From contig CAVXDP010000008.1 of assembly GCA_963760485.1 (NCBI GenBank), positions 17,209-81,208 on the forward strand: 64,000 nucleotides of DNA, written 5' to 3'. Positions 20,836-32,672 of this stretch are shown one piece after another. The stretch's first letter is position 1. Each line of letters starts with the position of its first letter. The translations under genes were made by a program, and so were the position numbers. This stretch comes from Candidatus Bathyarchaeota archaeon (GTDB taxonomy: Archaea; Thermoproteota; Bathyarchaeia; 40CM-2-53-6; CAVXDP01). The notes under the pieces are model-generated. The model searched no databases. It saw only the letters and a list, made by a program, of their open reading frames with translations, and was not told the origin of the DNA.

Positions 20836-21124
20836 CTTTTTTCCTCATTTGCTTGCATATGTGATTTCTTTGGATAGTTAGATGTCAAGGGCGTGTTCGG
20901 ATCTCTGCAATCTTGTCGCACTTTGACATCTTCGTTCTTAATTGAGTTTAGTTCGTGACTAATTATGATGGTTTTGGGGTATGTTGTGTAATCGAACATG
21001 TAAATTGTTCTCAGGTCCATATGCACTCGTTGGCTGCACGCTGCCCCATGACACGTTATTCGAATATCAAATAGAGAGCGAGGTCTGTGCCAAGTCATAA
21101 ATATCGACCTCACAGCTTGATTAA

Positions 21125-22766
21125 TTGGGAAAAAATATGGCATCTGAAGGCACTTTCATAAGGAAAGCAAGTGGCTTAGTCCGCACAGTTCCTCCAATAG
21201 ATGCTTGGATATACAATTGCCTCACAATGGGATGGCTTTCAGTGGCCGCCTATAACTTACCCTTCAACCCGTTTGCTTTTCCTGGTGGAGAGCAGAGTAT
21301 TGCAATACTCATGACCGCGGCGTTTGGCACGTTCATGTGGACGACGTACATGTTCATTGTAAGCGCTCTTCCACGTAGCGGAGTTGACTGGATAGCCCAG
21401 AGCAGATTTCTCAGTCCATGGATTGCGTTCCCTATAGTGATCGGAGACTTTTGGTACTTGATATACTGGGATGTCTGGGCATACTGGTTCGCAACGAACC
21501 TAGGAATGAACCCGTTCTTCGTTACGGCCGGTGTAGCGTGGAACAATCCTGGCCTTCTAGCATTTGGAGAATGGGTGATAACACCAAAGGGCTATTTCAT
21601 CATCGGAATGATCTTTCTGTTTCTCATGGGATGGCAACTATCGCTTCCGATAAAGTTCTTCGCATCGATTCAACGCTGGTTGATGTACACCGCAACAATA
21701 GCCTTGATCGTGTACATACTTATCTTTCTAGGTACGAATCCCACGTCATTTGCGGAGAACTTCAACGGGTTTGCTTCAAAATTCATTTCTGATCCTGACT
21801 ATTACCACACGGTCATCAGCACTGCTGCTGCCAGGCGGTTACAATCCGAATCCCGGGTTCAGTTGGTACGATCAGATAGGATTAATGGCTATGATATGGA
21901 GCCTTCTAGGATGGGCGTTTTGGAGTGCACAGTTGAGCGGAGAGATCAAGAGTGCCGGAAACCTAAGAACTCAGAACTTAGTCATGAATGGTTCAGGGTG
22001 GGCAACAGCATTTGCTTGGCTCGTTGTCTGGCTCGTGTTCTCCAATGCCATCGACCCGACGTTCATAAAGTCCGCCGGCGCAGTTTTCTACACTGGTAAA
22101 TGGGCTCTGCCTCTCTCAAGCATAAACTTGGGCATGTACATCGCCGCGACCGACGCGAAATTGGGATCAGTAGTCATGGTTGCTCTGTTTCTAGTCATGA
22201 TAGGATTGCTCGCCAACGCCTATCAGGTCTACTACAACACAATGGTGGGACCGGTGAGGATGTTTTTCGCAATGGCTTTCGACAGAGGTCTACCGGACAA
22301 ATTCACTATAGTTCACAGCAAATGGCATACGCCCGTGTACGTCATCTGGCTAGCATGTGCATGTGCAGTCATTCAAATTTACATGTCTTCATATATGCCT
22401 AATGTTGCACCGGTATTCCTTCCCGCAGCGCTGTCGAGCGGATGCATCCCATACACATTCACTTCTCTTGCAGGAGCTGTAATGCCATGGAGGGGCAAAG
22501 CCATATACGAAGCGTCGCCTGCTGCCAAATACAAACTAGGTCCAGTTCCTCTGGTCACCATTACGGGGATTGTCAGCGTGATCTTCAACATTGTAATGAT
22601 ATACTACTGGTTAACTGATCCTGCGCTCGGAATCAACCCACAATCAATGATCTTCGTATTCTTCTTCTACATTGTTGGCCTTGTCTGGTACATCTACTGG
22701 CGCTGGCACAGGAAGAGACAGGGAATAGATCTCAGCCTATCGTTCAAACTCGTTCCACCCGACTAA
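21125..22766 (+). CDS. APC-superfamily permease (about 540 aa), split by an apparent frameshift near 21829-21833
   Basis: Two ORFs (21125..22099, 21750..22766) in different frames; both are multi-TM. It is a paralogue of the 29857..31480 gene, with the same N-terminus (...RKxSGLxRxxxPxDA...) and C-terminus (...FKxxPPD). Confidence 0.6.
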
Positions 22767-22767
22767 G

Positions 22768-22792
22768 CCTTTTTCCCTAACCCTTTTTTTTA
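22768..22792 (+). terminator. oligo-T terminator-like tract
   Basis: TTTTT and TTTTTTTT runs directly after the stop at 22766. Confidence 0.4.
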
Positions 22793-23032
22793 GAATGAAA
22801 AGACATGAAGCCGAAAACTTTGGAGGTGATGACGAGAAGTGGATAATGAAGACAAAGGAATGGCGGTCTTCTCGATAATAATGTGGATAATCATACTCGC
22901 TTGGGCGAGCTGTTGCCCCCTGAACCTTTCTATCACCCTGGAAAGAAAAAGAGCCACGATTGTCAAGCAATCAGCCAGAGACAAATTGGTAATTTATTAC
23001 TTTATCATCGGCAATGTTTACAATTGCACCTC

Positions 23033-23965
23033 TTAGTATAGACTCGCCGTATTCACTCCCAGGATTAAGACACAAGGTTCTTCCAATCTTTCTTGCACCT
23101 TTGGATTCATGAATATGTCCATGAAGCCCCAGTAAGGGCTGATGCTTCTCAATGGCATTCCTAATGGATTGGCTCCAGCTCCGTAAGTAAGTATCTGCCC
23201 CGCTTTGAAAATTGGTTGAGGTGGATAGACCGACGTATCCAGTTGAGGCGCATCATCCAATTCAGAATCCTTGGGTGGAATGTGAAAATTGAAAACAGCG
23301 TTCTTCACATCCTTTATTTCAGACACTAACTTGTCGACTTTTCCGCCAATTTCCTCATCGCTGCACTCTCTAGGAGTCTTCCAAGGCGTCGGGTTTCCCC
23401 AGCCCAAACTGGCCATCTCATGCACATCATCGATATAGACGACCTTGTTATCCGGATTCTTCACATGATCAGTATCCTTGATGAGGTCTACAATGTCCTG
23501 AGCGTCATCATTTCCACCAGTTATGTAACAGATTATGTTCGTGTCCTTCAACCTTTCATTTGCCAAATCAATCCATTTCAGTATTCTCTCTCGCATCAAC
23601 TGTCTGAATAATTCATCGAGCTTTTTTTCATCTGCTGAAACTGATTCATATTCATTTGTTTCCATAAGCTTAGTATAGGCTCCAGTAGTCAGTATTCGTT
23701 TTTCAAGATCCTTCAACTCTTCGTCTGTCTTGACCACCTGTTTCTGTTGGAGAAAATGGCTAACATATGTGCCGTCCGGTTGCTTCACTATTGGAGTTAT
23801 CATCTTGCCGGTAATGTCGCCACCAAGGACTAGAACATTTGCTTCATACACTTTTCCCGCATTTACGAACTTTTTGAAAGTCGGTTCGGAACCATGAACA
23901 TCGGTGGCGAAGAATATCCTAGTCTTCTTTTCCTTACTTTTCTCTTTTCCACCAAAGAGTGGCAA
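23033..23965 (-). CDS. calcineurin-like metallophosphoesterase
   Basis: DVHG, GGDITG, GGNDD, FHIPP motifs. Confidence 0.65.
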   Translation of the reverse strand: MPLFGGKEKSKEKKTRIFFATDVHGSEPTFKKFVNAGKVYEANVLVLGGDITGKMITPIVKQPDGTYVSHFLQQKQVVKTDEELKDLEKRILTTGAYTKLMETNEYESVSADEKKLDELFRQLMRERILKWIDLANERLKDTNIICYITGGNDDAQDIVDLIKDTDHVKNPDNKVVYIDDVHEMASLGWGNPTPWKTPRECSDEEIGGKVDKLVSEIKDVKNAVFNFHIPPKDSELDDAPQLDTSVYPPQPIFKAGQILTYGAGANPLGMPLRSISPYWGFMDIFMNPKVQERLEEPCVLILGVNTASLY

Positions 23966-24130
23966 AAAATCACCAAATCATGTGAAGTGTCTTATACGTC
24001 AGGCTGGAATATTTGAATTTCGTGCAGACTAGATAGAAGGTCCCAGTCAGGAAACCTGGACTACAGAGTCGTTATAAGTCAAGAGGCACGATCAAGAGGC
24101 AAAACGTGTTGTGATCAGGAAGGCCGGCTA

Positions 24131-24637
24131 TTGTTCGAAGACCTTGCCATCTACCAGATTAGGATTCGTTACCACGAAGATTGGAAAGTGTATATTCTTT
24201 CTGATATACAGAGGTTAAAGGGAGACATCGCATTTGCTCCGATCAAAGATAGCGGCAAGCAATGGAGAATAGTGCTGTCTTGGAGACCTCTCGAAAGTTC
24301 GAGAAAGAAATACTCCTCTGCTGATGAGCAGGCAAAAGAAACGATTATCCAGTTGGCAAAAGCCAAACAGGTACAATCACACCAAGTAATCGATCATAAA
24401 TCGATTGAACTAGGCGGACATGAAGCGGTATTCTACAATCTCATGGTCAAATATTACAAACGTGGAGGTCTGCTGAAACAGAATGTGGCAGATTGTGTGA
24501 TTCGTTTCGTTTTGTTGTATTGTCCTGAATCTAAAAGGTGTATGATGCTCTACGAAGAGTCGGATTACCCAATTGAACAGGAAAGAATCTTCGAGGATGT
24601 TATGAAATCATTCAGTTGCCATTCGACGGTCAGATAG
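24131..24637 (+). CDS. hypothetical protein
   Basis: 168-aa ORF, no family recognised. Confidence 0.3.
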   Translation: MFEDLAIYQIRIRYHEDWKVYILSDIQRLKGDIAFAPIKDSGKQWRIVLSWRPLESSRKKYSSADEQAKETIIQLAKAKQVQSHQVIDHKSIELGGHEAVFYNLMVKYYKRGGLLKQNVADCVIRFVLLYCPESKRCMMLYEESDYPIEQERIFEDVMKSFSCHSTVR

Positions 24638-24754
24638 GAACTCGCCTGTAGGTGCTTGGAATCCTTATTAGAAGTTCATTAAGGGGTAGCCGGGGTAGCA
24701 TCCCGCTGGTATTTATGCACAAGCTTAAAACGAAAGTCGCATTTCTTATGAGAA

Positions 24755-25177
24755 TTGGAGGAATATACTGTCTTGAGAAAAGCCATAATCCCATACTTTG
24801 ACTTATGCACGGGCTGTCGAACATGTGAACTCGCATGCTCCATGACTAAACTCAATGCTTACGCACCCCGACTTTCTCACGTCCAAGTCACAATGGAATC
24901 GGACGGAATGAGATCTCAGCCGAACATCTGTGAACAATGCGAAGACCCAGCATGTTGGCGAACTTGCCCAGCTGATGCCTTCAAGAGGGATGAGAAGACA
25001 AACGCGGTTCTCATAGTTTCTGAGAAATGTACTGGATGCGGAAACTGTGTGACGGCGTGTCCCGTGGGCGCGATACAATTTGACAAATTGGTTAACAAGG
25101 CTACGAAATGCGATCTATGCTTCGGTGACCCGCAGTGCGTGAAATACTGTCCAACTAAAGCGTTGGAGATGAAATAA
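24755..25177 (+). CDS. 4Fe-4S ferredoxin-domain protein (AOR-associated electron carrier)
   Basis: Multiple CxxCxxC...CP motifs (CTGCRTCELAC, CEQCEDPAC, CTGCGNCVTACP, CDLCFGDPQCVKYCP); directly upstream of AOR. Confidence 0.75.
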   Translation: MEEYTVLRKAIIPYFDLCTGCRTCELACSMTKLNAYAPRLSHVQVTMESDGMRSQPNICEQCEDPACWRTCPADAFKRDEKTNAVLIVSEKCTGCGNCVTACPVGAIQFDKLVNKATKCDLCFGDPQCVKYCPTKALEMK

Positions 25178-25193
25178 GAGGAGGCGAAATGAT

Positions 25194-27077
25194 TTGGCAA
25201 ATGGTTATGCTGGAAAAATTCTTCACGTAGATTTAACGAAGAGAAAGGGGATTAAGAAAGAACCTCTTGACATGGAATTCGCAAAGAAGTATATGGGTGG
25301 TAAAGGATTCGGAGCGAGACTTCTGTACGATATGGTTCCCGCTAAGGTTGACCCCTTCAGTCCTCAGAACCCAGTGATATTCTGCACAGGGCCTCTTACG
25401 GGAACGATGGCTCAGACAAACAGATACTGCATAGTCACAAAGTCTCCGTTAACAGGGCTGTTCTCCGACTCCTATGCTGGAGGAGACTTTTCGCCAGAAC
25501 TGAAGTACGCTGGATACGACATAGTTGTAATCAGAGGAAAATCACCTAAGCCCGTTTACCTTTGGATAGACGATGGTAATGTCGAACTTAGGTCTGCTAA
25601 GGGAATCTGGGGCCTAGACACTTATGAGACCCAAGATAGGATCCTCGAGGAGCTAGGTGACAAATCCATCAAGGTTGCATGTATCGGACCGGCAGGAGAG
25701 AAAAGAGTTCGATTCGCCTTGGTCGACTCCAGCCCACATAGGCAAGCAGGAAGGTGTGGAACCGGCGCCGTAATGGGATCAAAGAATCTGAAAGCGGTGG
25801 CTGTAAGAGGAAGCGGAAAAATCGAAATAGCCGAACCAAAGGCCTTCGACGAAGCCTACTGGAAGTCTCGCGAGGAGATAGAAAAGAGCGCTGACGCCCT
25901 AACGTATCGAAAGGGTGGAACTCCAGCCTTCGTAGGATTCGCAAACAGTCAAGGGCTTTATCCAACACGAAACTTCTACGATGGCGTGAACGACAAAGTT
26001 GCGAGTGCTTTAGACGACGTTGCTCAAAGAAAATACCTCTGGCTCAGAGAGTACGGCTGCATGGCTTGTGCGATCCACTGTACAAAGATTGGAAAGATTC
26101 GAAGAGCGTGCAGTGAAAAAGGACCAATAAAGTGCGTTGATACTGATATTATCGAATATGAAACAACGGGACTAATGGGAGGTAGCTGTGACATCAACCT
26201 TCTAGAGGCCGTAGCATACTCAACTGTGCTTTGCGACAAGTACGGAATGGACTCCATCAGCGCGGGCAACATTGTCGGATGGACAATGGAATGCTACGAA
26301 AAGGGCATCCTAAAGAAGAAAGATCTAGGCGGCTTGGAGGCGAAGTTTGGAAGCTGGAAAGCCCAGATCGAACTCATCAAAATGATGGGAGAGAGGAGAG
26401 GCATCGGACGACTTCTCGGCGAAGGAGTTGCTAGAGCATCCAAAGCTATCGGGAAAGGATCTGAGGAATTCGCAATACACATAAAGAAGATGGAGACGCC
26501 CGCTTGGCCACCGAGAGGATCACCTGGACAAGTAATAGCACTCGCATGTTCAGACAGAGGATGCGATCACCAAAGAGGATTCATGCCAGCCTACGAAATA
26601 GGCGGATACTCATGGCCATTCGGCGGACCCTTTGACAGACTGTCAGTTGAAGCGAAAAAGTCCCAATGCGTGAAATGGGAACAAGACCACTTAAGCGCCT
26701 TGTACTCGCTAACAGTGTGTGAATTCAGTAGGTCAGGAATTCAAAATGACACATTTGCAGCGTTGCTCTCGGCAGCTACGGGTTGGAAGATCGACTATAG
26801 TGAGATGCTCAAGTACGGAGAGAGAATCTGGAATCTCATAAGAATGTTCAACGTCAGAGAGGGAATAACCAGAACAGACGATTCGGCCATACCCAAGCGC
26901 TTCAAAGAGCCTCTACCATCAGGTCCAGCGAAAGGCCACAAGATCACAGACGAAGACTTCAACAAATTACTCGACTGGTACTATGAAGCCAGAGGCTGGG
27001 ACAAGAACGGCATACCAACAAAAACAAAACTAACGGAACTTGGACTAGAAGATTTGACCAAGGGTCTAAAAAAGTAA
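25194..27077 (+). CDS. aor: tungsten-containing aldehyde:ferredoxin oxidoreductase (AOR family)
   Basis: 627 aa with the AOR N-terminal domain MANGYAGKILHVDLT...; family size and architecture match. Confidence 0.85.
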   Translation: MANGYAGKILHVDLTKRKGIKKEPLDMEFAKKYMGGKGFGARLLYDMVPAKVDPFSPQNPVIFCTGPLTGTMAQTNRYCIVTKSPLTGLFSDSYAGGDFSPELKYAGYDIVVIRGKSPKPVYLWIDDGNVELRSAKGIWGLDTYETQDRILEELGDKSIKVACIGPAGEKRVRFALVDSSPHRQAGRCGTGAVMGSKNLKAVAVRGSGKIEIAEPKAFDEAYWKSREEIEKSADALTYRKGGTPAFVGFANSQGLYPTRNFYDGVNDKVASALDDVAQRKYLWLREYGCMACAIHCTKIGKIRRACSEKGPIKCVDTDIIEYETTGLMGGSCDINLLEAVAYSTVLCDKYGMDSISAGNIVGWTMECYEKGILKKKDLGGLEAKFGSWKAQIELIKMMGERRGIGRLLGEGVARASKAIGKGSEEFAIHIKKMETPAWPPRGSPGQVIALACSDRGCDHQRGFMPAYEIGGYSWPFGGPFDRLSVEAKKSQCVKWEQDHLSALYSLTVCEFSRSGIQNDTFAALLSAATGWKIDYSEMLKYGERIWNLIRMFNVREGITRTDDSAIPKRFKEPLPSGPAKGHKITDEDFNKLLDWYYEARGWDKNGIPTKTKLTELGLEDLTKGLKK

Positions 27078-27091
27078 GCCTACGAACGCCT

Positions 27092-27379
27092 ATGCAAGTC
27101 AAAGTAAGACTATTCGATCGTCTAAGAGACGTTTCGGGGAAATCCGCAATATCGGAGAATATCCAAGAACACTCAACACTACGCGAACTCATCGAAACGA
27201 TAGCTGCAGAAGAAGGCTTGGAAGTCAGGAAACTATTGCTAGATTCCGTGACAAATACACCGCTTCCAAACGTCAACATACTCGTGAACGGAAGACACAA
27301 CAGATTCACGGGCGGTCTTGAGACTGAATTGAAGGAAGGCGACACAATCGACCTTCTAACAGCAATGAGTGGTGGCTAA
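27092..27379 (+). CDS. MoaD/ThiS-like ubiquitin-fold sulfur-carrier protein (C-terminal GG)
   Basis: 95 aa ending ...LTAMSGG; directly after aor. Confidence 0.6.
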   Translation: MQVKVRLFDRLRDVSGKSAISENIQEHSTLRELIETIAAEEGLEVRKLLLDSVTNTPLPNVNILVNGRHNRFTGGLETELKEGDTIDLLTAMSGG

Positions 27380-27387
27380 GCCCCCCA

Positions 27388-27402
27388 CCTTCTTCTTTTT
27401 TT
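27388..27402 (+). terminator. oligo-T terminator-like tract after the AOR cluster
   Basis: CTTCTTCTTTTTTT after the stop at 27379. Confidence 0.4.
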
Positions 27403-27535
27403 GCGAACTTCTGGATAGCTTTTAGGTAGATCTCGAGAGCAGAATGCGTTATCGCGACAGCTAGAGAACCAAGTCTTAAATATTGAACAGTTCGCCATTT
27501 ACTCTATTGCGGACAGATTCTAGAGGAGAAACAAA

Positions 27536-28776
27536 ATGAGTCTAAAAGGAAATGAAACGAGACTTGGTGTAGCAAGGGTCGCCTTGTTCGACCAGCCGAA
27601 ACGGATAATCTTCGCCACAGGAGCTGTGGAACAATTCGTTGGGTCTGAGACGAAACGTCTGGGGGGCAATAAGACACTCTTAGTAACTGACAAGGGTGTG
27701 AAGAAAGCCGGCATGGCTGACACGGTCTTAGATCTCATCAAGAAAGAGAATCTTAGCGTGGATGTATATGATAATCTCACGGCTGAACCAACAGCAGAAA
27801 GCCTGAGAGCCGCAGTTAAGTTCGCTCGGGAAGGCAAGTACGATGCGGTTGTTGGAGTAGGCGGAGGCGCGGTGCATGGACACTGCGAAGATGAGTGCTA
27901 TTTGTCTTACAAACCCGGGAGATCCAATGGTATACGTGAATCCTATGGAGGACAAGAGCAAGTATCCGGCTAAGCCCAAGATACTAATCCCAACCACATC
28001 TGGAACAGGAAGCGAGGCCTCGAACGCCGCCGTAGTAGTTGAAGGATTATACAAAACTTGGGCGGCAAACACCAACGTTTTTGCTGATGTAGCTATCGTT
28101 GATCCATTGATGGCAATTTCATGTCCACCGAAACAGACAGCTGGAAGTGCACTGGATGCTCTAAGCCACAACGTTGAAGGGCTGATTGATAGAGAAGCTA
28201 ATCCTCTGTCGGACGCTCAAGCTCTTGAAGGCTCAAGACTTGTCTTCAAGTACGCAAGAAGAGCTTTCCATGCTGGCGACGATCTAGAGGCCAGATGGAA
28301 CATGTCAGCCGCAGCGACACTCGGCGGAATAGTCATCGCTTATCCATGGATAGGAGGTCCAGCAATCCTTGGGCATTGCATTTCAGAAGCTCTTGGACCA
28401 CGATGGAATGTTCCTCATGGAGCTAGCCTGCGGTGTAGTCCTTCCATACATACTTCAGTTCAACCTGCCATCATGCATCAAGAAACTTGCGTATGTTTCA
28501 AAACAGGTACTGGGAGACGAAGTCTACGGTCTTTCACAACGTGAAGCTGCCTTTGCTTTCATTCATGCTGTGAAGACTCTCATGGAAGACATGGAATTGC
28601 CAACGAACCTCAAGCAATGGAATATTCCAAGCAAAGAACTGGATGAATTCGCCGAGTATATCTTCAAAGATCGCCAACACGTCTATTGTCTTCCAAGATT
28701 TAACCCGAGGAAGCTTACATCAGAAAACACGAAAGAACTGCTGCACTTGATGTATGAGGGAACCCTGCTAGAGTGA
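27536..28776 (+). CDS. iron-containing alcohol dehydrogenase, split by two apparent 1-bp frameshifts
   Basis: Three ORFs in frames 2, 0 and 1 (27536..27973, 27876..28544, 28369..28776). The first ends AVVGVGGGAV and the second begins MDTAKMSAI (consensus GGGSxMDxAK). Downstream come NVPHGAS then ACGVVLPYILQFN (consensus PHGxANAxLLPxVxxFN). Confidence 0.65.
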
Positions 28777-28840
28777 GTTTCCCCTTTCTCTTTTTTCTGT
28801 CAATGTTTCCACATTGTCGTTGTCTAAGGTCGAATTCTCG

Positions 28841-29443
28841 CTACGAAACCTGCTCGAATTTTTGAACTGTCAATTTGATGAGTTCCGTTTTCACTTCTTC
28901 CACAGGTCTATTGGAATTTATGGGAATAAGTCCTTCCGTTTTAACGAGTTCAAGATACCTCTCTCGCACCTTCTCTTGAAGATCTAACCTTTCGAGTACA
29001 GTCCTTTTCCGTTTGATTCTGTTCAGACCAACTTCAGGCGGAACATCCAGATAGAATACAATATCTGGTTTCAGAGCAAATTTGTTGATGGTCTTTATCC
29101 AGTTCACGTCAACTCCCTGAGCGCCCTGGTAGGCCAATGAAGAGTACAAGTAACGGTCGCAAACCACAGTCGTGCCCTTGTCGAGGCTTGGAAGGATTTC
29201 CTTCATTAGATGCTCAAATCGATCTGCCGAAAAGAGCAAAGCCTCCACTTCTGGAGGAACCTTTTCAGTGAGAAGCATTGATCGGATAGACTTGCCAACC
29301 GCACCATTCGAAGGTTCAGCAGTATATGCTGCGTCAAAGCCTCTTTGCCGAAGTTCATCAGTGAGAGTTCTTGAGTGAAATGTTTTGCCACACCCGTCGA
29401 TACCCTCCAGAACTATGAAGACTCCCCTTGATCTTGCTCGCAT
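28841..29443 (-). CDS. tmk: thymidylate (dTMP) kinase
   Basis: VLEGIDGCGKTF P-loop; about 200 aa. Confidence 0.8.
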   Translation of the reverse strand: MRARSRGVFIVLEGIDGCGKTFHSRTLTDELRQRGFDAAYTAEPSNGAVGKSIRSMLLTEKVPPEVEALLFSADRFEHLMKEILPSLDKGTTVVCDRYLYSSLAYQGAQGVDVNWIKTINKFALKPDIVFYLDVPPEVGLNRIKRKRTVLERLDLQEKVRERYLELVKTEGLIPINSNRPVEEVKTELIKLTVQKFEQVS

Positions 29444-29598
29444 TGATGTTTAACCCATTCCACACGCTACCAGTACGCACTCCACTAGTTATGAAAGGTC
29501 ATACATAAGTCAGGAACAAAGCAGCCTATTCCAGTAGATCGCAAAGTGGCGTCGACTATTACACAGCCATGATCCTATTGTCAGTGTGTATCTCCTGA

Positions 29599-29669
29599 TG
29601 CGCACACACACAAAATTACCTTGGCCTAACAGCCCGATTTCAAGCGAGCCGCACCAAGGTATACACACA
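29599..29669. repeat. GT/CA-rich palindromic mini-repeat (family copy 1)
   Basis: GCGCACACACACAAAATTACCTTGGCCTAACAGCCCGATTTCAAGCGAGCCGCACCAAGGTATACACACAC. The TACCTTGG...CCAAGGTA arms are flanked by (CA)n. Confidence 0.7.
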
Positions 29670-29856
29670 CGTCAACCGAGGCCCACAAATTGCAGGAAGA
29701 ATCCTCAAAACCTTCTCTATCCACTCGGCAACAATCGATTCACTATCTTATGTCGATTGCTTTGTTCGCTAAGACACGGCGGAATTTGCTAACAAACGCT
29801 TTCAGTTCAATATTAACAAACCGATTAATGAAATATGAGGAGTTCAGGAATAACAA

Positions 29857-31480
29857 TTAATCTGGGGGGATCTGTTTGAATTGTAGTTCCATCGGGATGC
29901 CTTTCATCTTGTGGTATGCACGAGATACGTAGTAAATGATGAATGATGGTGCTATGAACATTGTTATGGTTATCCATATGTAGAATGAGCTTGCGAGACC
30001 GGTCAGGAATGGCAGTAGCATGGAGTAGTCTAGGGCAACACTGATAATGAAAGTCAAGAGCCCAAGTATGAAGAGAACTGGAACTCCGCCAATCTTCTTC
30101 TTGACGATCTCAGGCGATTTCTCGAATATCGCCTTTCCCCTTGATGTGAATGGAAAGACCATGCCGACAACTCCAACTATCGCCCATGCAAAGAACCATG
30201 AAAGTATCGTGTAAGCGATCCATGATGCTTGATAGATGAATATGTACAGGAAGATCTCTCCGATTATCAATCCAAGCAATACGGCTGCCCATGGTGATCC
30301 TCGTTTGTCTGTTTTAGCGAAGAAGGTTGGGAGGACTCTGTCGAAAGAGTACGCGAAGATATTTCGAACCGGTCCGAAGGCGGCTCCCATACCTGCGGCG
30401 AACCATGTGATTGCAGCCATGGCGCAAGAAAGGACCGCGTAGCCAGCATTAGGGTTCGCGTAGACAAGCATAAAACTTGGCACAGGCATAATGGTTCCCA
30501 ATGGCCACCCCTGCCAAGTTCCAAATCCTGCGCCACCCGGCGCGAAATATGATGCTCCGGAGCCCAGAATTCTCCGCTGAACCCATAGTATGCAAGGGAA
30601 TAGAAAAGCTCCCAGAATATGAATAGGAGTATTAATGCTCCCAGCATAGCTCGCTATAGCTGCCTTTCTTATCTCCTTCACTTCGCCCATTATATTCGCG
30701 GTGTAGGTTGATCCTAGAGTATTCAGAGCCACGAAGGTGATTCCAGCGCCGAGAGACACATTCATGTCGTATAATCCGACAGGCCATTTGGCAGCCTTTG
30801 CTGCATCCAAAACCGCTTGGTAAGTAGTACCCGACATCATGTTGAATCTTTCAATAAACGTCGGAAGCCCTCCGCCTGTAAGGACTCCAATGTCAAAGAT
30901 CACGAGGGAAAGGACACCGGAAATCACTCCAATCCAAGAAAGAATCATGGCCGACTCTTGCTCCTCTCCACATGATTAGGAATTCCACGACTACGAGAAG
31001 ACCACCTACTAGCATCATTCCAATAGGAGCGTCTATTGAGTTGGCGAGGAGCCAATACGGGTGGGTGCTAGCCAACTTTCCAAGCTCGGAAATTGCGATG
31101 GTTCTCAGAACATTGTTGATACCAAATCCGACAGCGAGGTATGTGAGGCTACCTGCCCATGAAGCTCCGATTGTGGTTAGAACCCAACCTGCAGAGAATC
31201 CCCATGCTGGAGAGAGTATGCGGCTCCCCCAAATGTACTCGCCTCCCGAGCGTGGCATAGCTATCGAGAACCAGATGTAGAGAAGGGCTGGAATGAACAT
31301 CAGTAGTACAGCCGGGATGACGGCGATCGGTACATTCACACCCGGATAAGCCTGATGTGTCCAGAGAAGAAGAATGTTGCAATTAGCAATGCCCGGCGTC
31401 ATGAATGCAAAGGCTAAGGCATCCCATGGTCCTATGACTCGCGTGAGCCCAGATGTTTTTCTGATGAAAACTTCCGTCAA
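29857..31480 (-). CDS. APC-superfamily permease paralogue, split by an apparent frameshift near 30945-30955
   Basis: ORFs 30893..31480 and 29857..30948 lie in different frames; both are multi-TM. Ends ...MELQFKQIPPD like the paralogue at 21125. Confidence 0.6.
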
Positions 31481-31568
31481 AGAATGCCAACCTTCCCCAC
31501 AGATGCGTAGACAGCTAGATACACTAGAGCGATATTTAATACTTCACTGTACAAATATGTGCATTAAC

Positions 31569-31763
31569 CTATGCACCCGGCGCCTTCCATACCCCCCTTT
31601 TGATGAGCTTCATCGTGATTTCATCAGCGAGTTTTGCTGAATCCGCATGTTTACCTGGGGGTTTTTCAATCGCTAGGTTCTTCGGCCAGATTGGTTCCTC
31701 GTAAATGAGCTTGTATATTTCTGTTCGCAGGTCTCTTATCCAGTTTCCATTCTTGGCGTTCAT
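31569..31763 (-). CDS. small hypothetical protein (64 aa)
   Basis: ORF only; lies between the permease and the CN-hydrolase. Confidence 0.2.
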   Translation of the reverse strand: MNAKNGNWIRDLRTEIYKLIYEEPIWPKNLAIEKPPGKHADSAKLADEITMKLIKRGVWKAPGA

Positions 31764-31805
31764 TCTGTACTCTCTTAGGGCATCTATGTAGAATGGAGCT
31801 GCGGC

Positions 31806-32672
31806 TCAGCCAGAGCCATATGATGGTGCTCTTCCCATGATCTGTCCATGATAATCTACGATCATTGAGCTTCCGCCTGACACGTTTACGGAGTCTTTCG
31901 AGTTCACCGTCAGGTAGTATGGTCCGAGGTTAGGAGCAATGAGGTAGCAGGTGTTGTCTAGGGCTCTTGCTCTATTCTGAATTTCAAACCATCCCCTGCC
32001 TATCAATGGTTCAGCCTCAGCACCCCGATAAATTATCTCTGCACCATTCATAGCCAATCCCCTTGCAGTTTCAGGATACTCAGCGTCTTGGCATATCATT
32101 GTCCCGATTCGCCCGATCTCCGTGTCAGTGACTGGGAAAAAGGAGTCCAGCTTGTAGCCATATTTGGCTATCCACTGGTCCCAGACGTCATGCGGCGTTG
32201 TTGTGTGTTCTTTTATGTAGACCTGAAGTTTATGATACCTGTGAATCACCTTCCCATTTGGATTTACTATGAAGGCGACGTTGAAGTAACGGTTGGGAAA
32301 ATCAGGATTCTTCGCTCTACTCTGAGCGATTACATACGTCTTGAACTCTTTTGCCATCTGACCAAGTTTATCAGTCTCTTCACCGGGGATGTCTATCGCA
32401 ATCTTCTCGTAGTATTCCAAGTGATCCATGTCGAAGACTTCATCAGTAAATCCCTGCAAGGCACCCTCCGGCAATGCGATGAGTCTTACAGGCAACTCGA
32501 CCTCGGTCAGCCAAACAGCTGCGCTCATCGCATCATGAATATGCTCCAAGTTTACGGAGATTTCCTTTCGCTTCTCGACACCACGAAAAGATGTTTGGAG
32601 AGCCACCGCCATGTATGGTTGTACCATACCACACATCCCATCAACAACGAGAAGCAGGCTACATATTAGCAT
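31806..32672 (-). CDS. carbon-nitrogen hydrolase (nitrilase superfamily) protein
   Basis: ...RLIALPEGALQG... and ...GTMICQDAEYPE... (catalytic Glu and Cys regions). Confidence 0.65.
   Translation of the reverse strand: MLICSLLLVVDGMCGMVQPYMAVALQTSFRGVEKRKEISVNLEHIHDAMSAAVWLTEVELPVRLIALPEGALQGFTDEVFDMDHLEYYEKIAIDIPGEETDKLGQMAKEFKTYVIAQSRAKNPDFPNRYFNVAFIVNPNGKVIHRYHKLQVYIKEHTTTPHDVWDQWIAKYGYKLDSFFPVTDTEIGRIGTMICQDAEYPETARGLAMNGAEIIYRGAEAEPLIGRGWFEIQNRARALDNTCYLIAPNLGPYYLTVNSKDSVNVSGGSSMIVDYHGQIMGRAPSYGSG

Noticed and set aside
29586-29792. 68-aa ORF MYLLMRTHTKLPWPNSPISSEPHQG... and its look-alike at 33904..34140
   Set aside because: Both are translations of the GT/CA mini-repeat element, the same DNA repeat in opposite orientations. 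They are not genes.
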